This document shows positions 1 to 12,085 of a stretch of 64,000 nucleotides of DNA, piece after piece. A program made the position numbers and the translations under genes. The stretch spans positions 6,076,001-6,140,000 of the forward strand of contig NC_045138.2 in the NCBI RefSeq assembly GCF_008831285.2. Reading direction: 5' to 3'. The notes beneath the pieces were generated by a model. The model was not told the DNA's origin. It did no database searches and worked only from the letters and a program-made list of their open reading frames with translations. How positions within the stretch are numbered: the first letter of the stretch is position 1; each line of letters starts with the position of its first letter. The stretch comes from Nymphaea colorata. Lineage: Eukaryota.

Positions 1-989
1 ATTCACTCAGATCCATGTAACTAGACCTGAATTTCTTCACCAAGTCTAACTAAATGGATCAGTAATTTGGGCATACCCTATCCATTTACAACCCTAAAAT
101 TACATTAAAATTCTCCAAATCTTGCTGATCTTATAAGGTGACAACATCTTTGCAAGGATTAGCTACAAACAAAAGATAATATTGAAAACTAGAATGGCAG
201 CTAGGATTTGAATTGTGAATAGAACTCCACAGTCAACCAGGTGAAACTGTAGCTTGATGAGGCTTGAATTGGTGCAGGAAGAAGAGATTTTCCTTGTGAT
301 GTCTTTATTGTATCTATTGGTCAAGTCTACAAGCCACAATGCTTTTGAGTTTTGACTTTTTCTTTTTAAATTTTGATTTGTAAGTGACTAAGTGCTTCAT
401 TATCCATTTATTTATTTCTGATAAGAATGTACCCAATTGCATACTATTGGATCATTAGTGCATTATAAAAGGTTAGACACATATATTATCTATAAACAAA
501 AAGTTTATATCAGTTTCACTTGTTGGTATTCAATTAATGATGATAAACTAAAAGGAGCCCACACTTTTCTTGTATTTAACTAAATGGTGTGCTTTAAATG
601 ATTAAATAATAAGAATATCTGAGTTACAGCTTTAGGATTTCTAGAACTGTTAACATGGGGTTTTATAACCTGGATAGTACCCAAATCCAATTAATCGGGT
701 TTGGTGAAAAGATGAGATTTGGCGTCTGAATCTGAACCAAACTTGAATCCAAGTCAAATGCAAAAGTTCAGAACCATAATGTAGAGCATAGAGGCCTGAT
801 TTTTCACTGAATATTCCTCTACATAGTAGTCCGAGTCCGAATCCAAATCCAATTAAGACAAGTTCTTGTTAGATATATATATGTATGAACTTGTAATTTA
901 TAGATTGGAACCAGTGTCAGACCCATTTGCATCCCTAGGTATGGACACCGAATCTATAAGGTGCCGATTCAAAACTTAATAGTGCAATT

Positions 990-1278
990 CAGGAGCCGAG
1001 ATAGGTGTGGGCTCTATGGGGTGTATGCCCCACGAAACCCACTCTAAAACCTTGTCTTTAATGATATGGGATGAGTAGATTTGGTTCCAATCATATGGGT
1101 ATACACCTCACAAAGCCCACTTGAAAACCTTGTTTGCAATGATTGGGTATGAGTAGATTTGGACCTAATTATATGGGTCAGTCCCGCGAGAGCCCGAGCC
1201 ACCACCCTAAGGCCTATTGGAAATTTGTTACCTATACATTTAGTGCTTCATAGACAAAAATTTATCGCTCCGCCTCTA
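990..1278. mobile_element. hAT-type MITE with 8-bp TSD
   Basis: Perfect TSD GTGCAATT (982-989, 1279-1286); termini CAGGAGCCGAG / CTCCGCCTCTA; internal ~77-bp direct repeat. Confidence 0.8.
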
Positions 1279-4200
1279 GTGCAATTTCACTTAAATTCAC
1301 TAAATGAACCCTGATTCCAGGACTGATTTGGACCTTTTGGTGCTGATCCAGAAACGGTCTATATTAATTGAATTTGTATCTCGGAACCAAGTATGTTGCC
1401 ATTCTTTTTCTTGAATCACATATCATTCAGCACATTAGTTTCTATTGGAACCAATCTTGCATTGGATATATCTAGTTAAGTCCAACTTGATCCATTTAAT
1501 GCAGCCTTGACAAAGTTCGAAATGGGTGATTAGATCCATGTGAGCTCATGTATTATTTATCTTGTTCCATATATGATGAGAGCAGTGGCCGAGACACTTG
1601 ACCACACAAGCCCCTCAATGTTTCTTTATTTTCAAGTTACCATCTTCAAATATTTGTTCTGTTATACATATGAATGCCTATTCGAATAACATGAAAATCT
1701 GTGAATGGGTGCTCCATACTGAAAATTTTTATCATCTAGCTTGATAGATCCCCTGTCTAAGATCATGGATCTGAGAGATCATGCCTTGTGATTTTGATGT
1801 GAAAGTAAAATAAATATTAATATCAATTCTATGGATTACGTCTGTCACCTAATTAGACCTTTAGTTTGATAAACTATGGATTTTAGTATGAAGATTTTGC
1901 TATATAATAAAAAATATGTCCAATCAAATTCATGAATCTAATAACATGAGTAACCAAAGGCTCCCCAAAAAGGCATTTAGCAGAAGAAGTACATTAGCCT
2001 TAGAAGCATTTGGGAAGAAACATTCGTGTTCTTAGAACACATGTTATTATAAAAGGAGTTTCAAGAGTACCATTCTCCTGTATCAAGAAACATGGTGCAA
2101 TTATGTCCAACAACTTATTGCTATATGTTATCCAACTAAGAAATCAGATTGGATTCAGATTTGCAAAAATATCCGATTGGATTCGGATCAGGTTTAGTTT
2201 AAACAAATATCTTATATACAATGCTCTTACATTTTGAAAATCGGTCAATCTCTAATCAAAATTCAAATTCCGATATTAATATAAAACTGGATTCAGATTG
2301 TAAAATCAATTTTGGTTTTAGATTCAAATGTAATTTTTTTTGTTTATATTCAAATCCGAATATGTGAATGTTCGAAAAAGGCAGATCAGGTATACCTGAT
2401 TCCTGATTCAAATCCAATTCATTGACTTCCCTAGGTACAATGGCTTGGGCTGGGGTGTGGGGGCTGATGACGTGTCCGATGTTCGAATGTTAGGCATGTC
2501 AATCCCCTAAAGTCAAATAGCAAGTTGAAACACACGGGGGAAAGGGTGAGGGCTTCAGGTCTCGACTGGGCCGTGGGATCATATTCCTCCTACTCACCCA
2601 AAAACTAACTAAGATTCGCTTGTCACACTCATTGAACCATATTCCGACCAAAGCTAACTAGAAATCTGGGCTTGATCATATATATGGTCAAAGCTGGTCT
2701 GTAAGTGGCTCCAAAAGTCCTAATAAAAAGAAGCATGGGTAGACCCAAAGAAACTGGGTTTCCTATAGTGGGCAGGCACGGCTGATTGATGGGTAGCCAC
2801 AGTTTAATCCTCTTTCAATAAAATGAAACATTCTGGCAACTATCATCAGTTGGGGAAGCACATTCAAGGGGCTTCCAAAAGGGCTTGGGTCCGGGCTTTC
2901 CTCGATGTTATGAAAATCTAATTCGGCCGATCCAGCGAATCAATTAAATTTATTGTCAATCAACCACTCTTAAACTTAAAGTGCAGTTACTTGCCACTTA
3001 AAACTTAGAGGTATAGTTTTCATAGGAATCGAGCTAAAGACCTGCTTCTTTACAGAGGATTGAGGTTATCTTAATTGAGGTATCTTTCTACAACAGTGTT
3101 TGTTTCCTCATATTCAGTAAAAAATGAGAACCATGTGAGTAAAAAACGAGAAATATGTAAGGAATTTCCTTTGGATCTTTTTTATAAAAAAACCAAAGGT
3201 CACTGACAAAGAAAAAAGAAAAGAAAAGAAAAGAAAGGGGAGTCACTGACAGAGTTTGCAAAGAAAAGAAAGCGTCACTGACAGAGTTTGCAAATAAGTA
3301 TCCACAAGAAAAAGTTTTCAGTTACAATAGAGTGCACTGACTGCAAGGCCGTCCACCTTATAAAGAAAATTGAGTTCAAATTTTAAGGTAATCACTGTCA
3401 CGTCGAGTTTGCTTCTCATCTAAACCATATTCTCATCTAAACCATAACAGGTTTCGAAGCAAACTCTTTGTGCCCTTGGGGTAGCCGAAAGTGTAGGGAG
3501 AAAGACACTGGCCTGTTTTTTTATGGGTGGTAGAAAAAAACCACTCACCCTTACAAATAAAAAAAAAACTGTAAACATCTAGTATTCCAATATAAAAACT
3601 TAAAACAAAATAATATTCATGTCTCTTACATTAGCATATATCATCCTTGATAATGAATGCAATGATTAATCATGAGCAATATATATATATAATGTGATAG
3701 GGAGGAAAGCAGATGAGATCCAGCTCCGATGCATATTGAATCTCAGTGCAACAAATAAATAGATTTAGATTATAGTCACAAATATTATTTTTGTGTTTTA
3801 AATAGTGAGGTTTATTTTCAGGTATAATATGACAAGCTTGAAAAGGGAAAAAATATGGTAATTTAAAAAAAAAATAATTTGTAGAAAAAAATTAGTAAAA
3901 ATAAAATAAATGTGAAACCAATGAAGAACATAAAAAATAATTAGATAAGCAATAAATAAAATTTAAAAAATAGAAACAAGCAGTTCGACATTAAAATCCA
4001 AAAACAAACACAAAGAAAGGGAAAAATACGAAAAAGTACTTTTTTTGGCTGATTTATTTTTCATGTTTTTAATTCATTTAAAAAAAAAATCCTTTATTTG
4101 CTACGATTTAGACTCCAGACCGAAGTTTTGGTTTACGTTCTGCTGTTTCTTTTGTATCCATAAGGTGGTTTAATCCAGATCCATAAACCCATTTTCTTTC

Positions 4201-4899
4201 TAAATAGAAAATTCAGAGTTCACGGATATGACATCCTTTCTTCAGTTATTTACTTTAATATTGCCTACTTAATTATCAGCTTGAATTTCAGGCTTTTATG
4301 TTCCAACATTTACTCATGTTTCAAACCATCCCCTTTAAATCAATTTGATACCAGAGGACCAAATCCGATTTACATTATCAGGTTGCCTTCGAAGCATTAA
4401 TATTGACGGCAAATATCAGGAGGCAAAGATTTTTGAAAATTTTGCCTAACCCGAATCAAATTGAGACAACTTAAATCTACGTGGTTCCAATTTGAGCCCA
4501 AAATGAATCCACCAATATTACAATGATTTAATTTCCATCAACTAGGTTTGTGCTTATTCTGACCTCTTAAAGTCATGTTAAAAAGTGTTTTAAACAAAAT
4601 ACAAACCTTTTAATGTGTTTATGGACACTAATTTAATATAAATAATGTTTTTGTTCAAGTCATTTTTGTAAAAAAATGATCTTTATACTACCAAAATTTT
4701 GATGTTATAAGGGCTGTTGATCTTTTTACTATTAAAAAACATTATTTAAACAAGAAAACAACTAACTTAATATATGTTCCTATTCAAATCACTTTTAAGA
4801 TCAGATCCTTAAGGTTAGATTTCAAATAAAATATCTTAATAATTAATTTCAACAGGCCTGGTTTTTGTCTCCTATCCAAGTGGTCTGCATTTTACCAAC

Positions 4900-4903
<4 letters not shown>

Positions 4904-4979
<76 letters not shown>
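4904..4979. repeat. (TA)n microsatellite
   Basis: Long pure TA run; similar runs at ~15507, 18335, 25130, 30420, 50480, 52065, 57085, 59440, 60215 and 63783. Confidence 0.95.
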
Positions 4980-4981
<2 letters not shown>

Positions 4982-7239
4982 TAGTTACAAAAAATGTGTT
5001 TTTTCAATCAGAAACAAGAAAAATAAGCCAGTTCAATAAACCAGTAAAAAAACACCGCTTTTTGCAAAAGAATGCCAAAACCCCTTCTTGTTCCCCATTT
5101 TTTTTATTTTTAGGTTCCTTTTTTTTTATGTTTTGTTAATATCAAACTGCTTATTTCTATTTTCTAATTTCTATTTTTTGTTTATCGAGTTATTTTTTAA
5201 TGTTGTGTTGTTAGTTTCTCATTTATTTTATTCTCCATAGTTTTTAAGTTTTTTTTTTTTTAAATTATCATGTTTTCTCCATTTTTTCAAGCTCATCATA
5301 TATAGAAAACTGCGGTATTTAAAACACAATGTGCACTAGGCCGGGGGCCCATGGGCCTTTGAGGCCCCTGGCCAGCCCAAGCCTGACAAGAAATCGAGCC
5401 AGGGCCTGGGTTGACATCAAGCCAGGCCAGGTTGGGCCCGATAAAAATAATTTTATTAATTTTAAATAAATAAATAAACAAACAAATAAATAAATACATA
5501 TTCTTCACAAATATACAATGTATATTCTAATTCTCTTATTAAAATTGAACCAGATCTGGCCGAACCCGATCCCTGGGCAGCCAAAATGAGGCCCACGATG
5601 GTCCAGGCCCGTTTAGATAGGGCAGGTTGGCCCGGCCCGATGTCCACCCACCCCCATTTGTGACTCTGGTTGATATATATTGTACATCTCATACGAATAG
5701 ACCACACTTTCAAAATACCCACAGCCGCGTTAATGGCTGCTCCGGTGCATGGCGGCAGTTGGTTTCCTTTGTCCGCAGAAGTTAGAGCACGAATAGGTCA
5801 CTCTCTTTTTACATGCCCAAGACTTGAACCGGCCAGTAATCAAGCAATCGATGGAGACACAGCAGCCCTGGTCAGCTTCATGATCAAACTACTGAAGCCA
5901 ATATATATATTTATAGATCCATTAAATGCTTCCAAGTACAGGAAAAGTATACCATCTTCATTTCACACCTTTTTTGCCGGGATCATTCGATGCAATCCTC
6001 ATGTATAAAGTAATATACAACTAATTTATCTTAATTTTTTAAATTTTATTCAGCATATTTATTATGTAAATACTTTTTATATTCTTTTTTCCTGCAAAAG
6101 CCAAAGAAGGTTAAATTTTGACTTTCGTTAAGTGATGAAATCACCACAAGGTCCAGGTCAAACGGCTCTTAATTTCTTTCATATAAGGGAATTCCAGTGA
6201 TATACATATATATGTGTGTGTGTGTACATTTTGTTTTCATTGAGCTTATTAAATAAACAATGAGTTAAACTTGAACGTAAATCTGCATGCGTTGCGTTAG
6301 TTCATCGATGATAAAACATATAGATTAAACTAAATGAAGTCTGAAACACATAGTTTTATGCCATTCTGTAGATGTCTAGTGAGAGAAATAATGGAATTAT
6401 ATCTAAGATTCATGAGAAGCATATTCAATAGTATTTTGTTGATAAAATATATATGATCAGCTTACAATAAATAACTTAATTATGTTCGTTTAATATTTAT
6501 GTTAATGTGTCAAGGATGTGAACAAGTCAATTGACACTGTTCAGTACCCAGAGGTCTGATATTCTATTATGGTCTACATATCCTTACCAACTCAGATCCA
6601 AATCAAACTGGCTAGAATATACAGATGTCAACTATTTTGGATTTGAATCCGATATAGTGGATCTTACATACAGAAAACAGTCTAGATTATTATATCTGAA
6701 TCTGAATGTTAAATTCACAACCGAATTGGATCTGGCAACCACTTTTAAATTTGAAACTGGGATCGGAACTGAAATCTGATTTGGGTGTTGACTGACGACT
6801 TTCATAATATATGGATATTGTGTTGGTTAGAATATACTGGCCACATTCATGCTCATTATTTGATAAAATATTTATTTAAAACCAAACTCAAATGTGGTTG
6901 CAAGTTCGTTTCTTAAATAGAATCCAATTTGATCTCTCGATCAAATGCTAAATTTTTTGCATACTCTACTTATTTAAAACAGCTCATTTCGATATCCAAT
7001 GCAAATCTGATCCATTGACATCGCACAAAGACTGGTTCTTAGGAGAATTATGCCGCTGGAAAATGCTCTAAATAGAACTTCAGATTCTGGAAAAGGCCAT
7101 ATTAGCAAAAAATTCTTCAAATAGAAATTCACATCACCAAAATTCAACATTAGTTGAAATATTGTAAATCAGACAACTTAGTTTCGACCTCGAATCTCTT
7201 GTAGTCAAAACTTCTTCAACCATATCCTTGATCCTTAGC

Positions 7240-7623
7240 AGCAGAGACTGGTGGGCCTGGAGGCAGAGGCAAAGCAAAAAAATTTTCATGAGGGGGAATC
7301 GAATTATAGTTTCAAAATTTTGATAAGGGCTAAAATATCATTTTTAAAATTTTTATATAAAATAAATGAAATTTTTAAAAATTTATATGCAAATTTAGGA
7401 TGTTTTTTAGGGGGCTAGGGCCCCCACCAGTCCCGTGACCCTACCCCTCCAGAAAGGGCCATGCCTTTTTCTCAGATTCTTCAAAAATAAAATATTAACT
7501 TTTAAATTTTAAAAATTTTAGTCTAATTTTTGCAAACAAAATTTGAAAAATTATATTTCTACCTGTTAAAGTTTTGAAACTATAGTTTTGTCCATGCAAC
7601 AAAAATTCTTAGCTCGGCCCCTA
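7240..7623. mobile_element. Nested CAGGGGC-type MITEs
   Basis: Inner element ~7264-7449 (CAGAGGCAAAGC..CTACCCCT) lies within an outer element ending GCTCGGCCCCTA; inner sequence resembles 33559-33750. Confidence 0.55.
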
Positions 7624-10546
7624 TTGCTCCTAATGTGATAAGCCAAATCCGGGTCCTACAAACCGGGTTCGGTATGGGTCAGATCTACACCAAACAGGTC
7701 AACTCACACCTCTTTTATATATATATATATATATATAGCATACCGTGGTTAGGTAGATCTATTAGGTAGATCTCTATTAGCGCACGAGCTTATTAAATTG
7801 TCCATCTCCTTCAACTTTAGGTTGTCTTTAAGTCAATTTCTTGGCCACGCGAATGCGGCCGTTGCTGACATTTAGTGACCAAAGCATGTGTACTTAGACA
7901 TACCAAAAGAAAAAAAAAAATCGAAAACTACCAACATAAGAGTCCTTCTACATGTGGAAACGAAATTGTGCTATTTTCTTGGTGGCGTAAAACCTCGAGG
8001 CTAGTACTCATGTTCCAAATACCGCGACTTTGTAAGCCTGTAAATTTCAATAAATCTATCATTAATTTTGATGACGCCACTATTTATTTTGGGTGAAGCC
8101 AAATTACTAGACAAAAAACCTGCATTTTTTTGAAAAATTTATAAAATAACATGCCTTGTGAGAGAATAATAAAGCGGGCTCAAGTTCCAAAATTTTTAGG
8201 TGACTGTTTTTTATCTAAGGACGCCAATATACTTGATTTGGATGGAATATCTGACACAACAGTTTCAAAAGAATAAATTAATGTTGGATTAAGAAATCAG
8301 ATCGGACACATCCAATCTGATTCGGATTCAGACATACATAAATATATGATAGAATTCATATTTAGTTTTAAATAAATATTCTTATACAATGTTCTTACAT
8401 TTTCAAAACGACCAGGAATCTCTGCAAAATTTTGGATTTAGATATGAATGTAAAATTCAACGTATTCAGATTGTGAAATCAATGTGAATATCTGAAAAAA
8501 ACAGATACACCGTACTTCTATCCTATCTTAATATGTTCTAGAATTCAAAGTGCAAAAATAAAAAGCAGTAACTCAAGAGTTGGTATTTCATCCTGAAAAC
8601 GTAGGCGCTTCTGTCATGAATGTTTCCAGATTGGCGTTTGGGGTTTTTAATTGGAAGGTTGAATAATGTAATATGAGCCATATGATCCATCAACTTTTAG
8701 GTAGAATTCAAAAAGAGACCATTTTTGCAATTCTTTTGTAAATTAAGGGCATCTTTTTTTCCATAAAAACTATCAAATAAGGGCCTGAATTACAAAGGAA
8801 CAAAAAATGCTAGCAAAAAACGATAAGACTGTAATTTATTAAGCTGATGTTGAAAAATTGCAGCTAACAATTTAAAGTTATAAAATTAGAAACATTTAAC
8901 TTCATGCATTTATTTGTCAGTTTTTACGAAGAGCGAGCTCCTTGTTAGGAAAATCACAAAAGGTGATCATTTTTTCACATTATAAGACAATCTAGTCCTG
9001 ACAGTGAAGATTTCTCTTTTAATTTAAGCGCACACATAAAACTTGGGCCGCAATAAACGCACCGAACTTTTGTACCACTTGTCAAAACTAACCTCTTGAA
9101 TACTAACCCTAACCCTAACCTTAGGTTATATATATATATATATATATGTGTGATAAAAAAATTAAAGAAGTGTTTGGATGACACCATAAAATCAGGTTTT
9201 TTGGCGTGTTCGAGTGCCACAAAAAACTAGGTATATCTGAGGATTCATTAAAAACTTGGCTTTCATGAAGCCAAGTTTTCTAAGGTGCTCTCCGACAAAA
9301 CAAAATTTTAGTGCGTTAGTTTGCTTTAACCTCTTGACATATACCAACCATATATATTAATGCATGATTAGCTATGGCTAAATTAGTTAAATACTTTTAA
9401 AAATATAAATTAGGGAGATTAATGATTTTTTTCTTATTCATTAGGGCTAGAGAGTTAACTTAAGAGAAATTTATGTCCATTCACAAAGCCAATATATATA
9501 TTTTTTATGTCAATTTTTAAAAAAGGAAAATGGTTTGACTTTTAGCACTAACTCAACCAGAAAAACTAGTGATCGAGGGACCTTTTCAAGTAACTATATA
9601 AAACTTTGTGTACTGCTTTTAACAATATTGCAAAATTAAGCGTGTTCTTTGTTATATTAAAAAATAATTAAGTCTGTATTAGAAAATTTTTCCTTATAAT
9701 AACAAAATGGGACTTCCAAAATAGCTGACAGTAGCCAAGTATGTCATGCAGACAAGGTTTTACCACTTGGTTTCTAATAAAAGAGAAAATAATACAAGAT
9801 CAACGAGCACGGCAGCTTAGACTTCCCAAATCTCAACGGGCCCAGCCAACCAGTGCAAAATACAGCCCGCGAGACAGTATATTAGAACAAACATGGAAAA
9901 CCATAGATGTTTTCTGTATTTTAATAATGCATATTAATTTGTATGATATCTGTAGACTTTTTAGACATTGACATCAACCATAAACAATCAACATTTCAGC
10001 AGTTGACTTCCAAATGCACACCATCTTCATTCTTTTTTCTTTCACAAGTCCTGTCCTCAGATGATTCTCAAGGCCAACATCATAAACGTCTCAGATTATT
10101 TATTTGGGCAGTCATTATTTTGAAAAAATAGGTCCTCTCTAGGCCGTCTGATTCAAATCTGAGGGTCATTGAATCATTTTCCGCTTGAAATAGATTAAAG
10201 ATTGTCACAAGCATATATGAAGTAAGTGAAGCAAGAATTAAATGGTTGCGACCTTAAACTTTAGCAGGTTGCATTTTAGGTCCTCTTCTGTTCCCCTTCT
10301 CCTGCATCTGACTGGTTTTTTTCAGTGATGAAGTCGCCATGTTAGCAGGTGGGACCTGGGAAACAGGTGGGATCCACGAAGAACGACGTCGGCCAACGCA
10401 GGCTGATCAGCCGCCGGTACAAGGCCGCATGGGTACCGGCCATGCTACTGATCAGTCCTTCATGTTCCTGATAAATTCTGCAGACAGAGCTTTAAATGAA
10501 TGGATTTGGGGAGGCGTTGAAGCTGTGTGGGGGGTTTTGAGAGAGG

Positions 10547-10554
10547 TATAAATA
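10547..10554 (+). promoter_or_regulatory. Putative TATA box of the divergent NRAMP gene
   Basis: TATAAATA 83 bp upstream of the ATG at 10630. Confidence 0.55.
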
Positions 10555-10629
10555 CGAAATGGGAATCTACCATGCCTGTAAGATCGGCTGCTAAGTCTGT
10601 AGAAGGTGAACGCAAAAGGAGAGCCAGAG

Positions 10630-11799
10630 ATGACAGGAATTAGTAATGGAGATCAAGTATCGGGTGAGGCTGAAACGATGAAGACTCTCGAGAGGGAAGC
10701 TAGTTCCTCAAAGGGGAAGAGTACCAGTAGAGCTCCTTCGGCGAGCTACGATCTAGAGGCTAATGGGGCTCAGAAGCCTGAGCACGACGACAAACCAGAG
10801 CATCAGCCTGAGGTTGGTCTCTCTCTCTCTCACTTTCTGCGCTGAACCTTTGAGTTGCTCAAGCAGAAACAGCAACCAGGAGGGAGAAAGCTCCTTTCCT
10901 TCTTTCTCTGATATGAGAGTCCTACAAATATATATCGTTATGGCCATGAGCCTACGTGCCTGCATGAGAGAAAATCAGGTTGATTTTCCAAAGTTCAATT
11001 CCATTAAAACTTATTTCAAGATTACAGTGAATGGTAATATACACACAAGTGAAAATGGAAAACCTTCTTTGAAGCAAACCATGACCTCTCTTCCTTTTCA
11101 TCGTAGCTCATTTCTGCTGTTCAAGATTTGCACGCTTTAACATTTGGGTTTCTGAAACAGAACCAGAAGCCAGGATGGAGGAGGATGATCTCACATATCG
11201 GACCTGGATTCCTCGTTTGCATGGCTTTTATAGATCCCGGAAGCGGTAAGGAAGAAATTTTCTTAATTGCTGTGTTTAATTTTTAATACTTGAAATATTT
11301 GTGAATTCCATGTGGAAAGTTTTTAACTAATGATCTTCATGTCAACTGCTTTAATGGACGTGCAGTGGAAACATTGTTTCAAACTGCATCACAAAATCAG
11401 TACCAGGTATGCTTCAAAAAATCTTCGATAGACTATTTAAGAGAAGGGAGACGCCAGATTTCTTACTTTGATTTCCTTTTGCAGTTGCTATGGGTTATCC
11501 TTCTTGGGTTCATCCTGGTTTTCATAGTCCAGTCTCTTGCAGCCAATCTTGGAGTAGTAACAGGTACGTTCTTCATCGCTCCTTAACCAGTAAACAAGAC
11601 GATGTTGAGGTCGAACTCAAAGTGACCAGAAGGTGCTTATACAGCTGCTTGGAATGTGCAGGAATGCATCTTGCAGAGCATTATAGGCTTGAATACCCCA
11701 AATATTTGAATTATTGCTTCTGGATACTTGCTGAGGCTGCTGTTATAGGAGCTGACATATCAGAAGGTATGAAGAACAAGAGAGATATAACACAGCAAA

Positions 11800-11838
<39 letters not shown>

Positions 11839-12054
11839 CCCCTCTCTCGAACATGTATTTAAATTGGTTCTTTTCTACTTGAACCAGTGATTGGAACAGC
11901 CTTTGCTCTCGACATACTGCTGCATATTCCTGTCTGGGTTGGCATTCTGCTTACAGGCTTGACTCCATTTCTTCTTGTTGGACTGCAAAAATATGGGGTA
12001 ATTAATGGATCTCCCATCATTCTGTTTAGTTGTGTGTGTGTGTATGTGTGTGTG

Positions 12055-12085
<31 letters not shown>

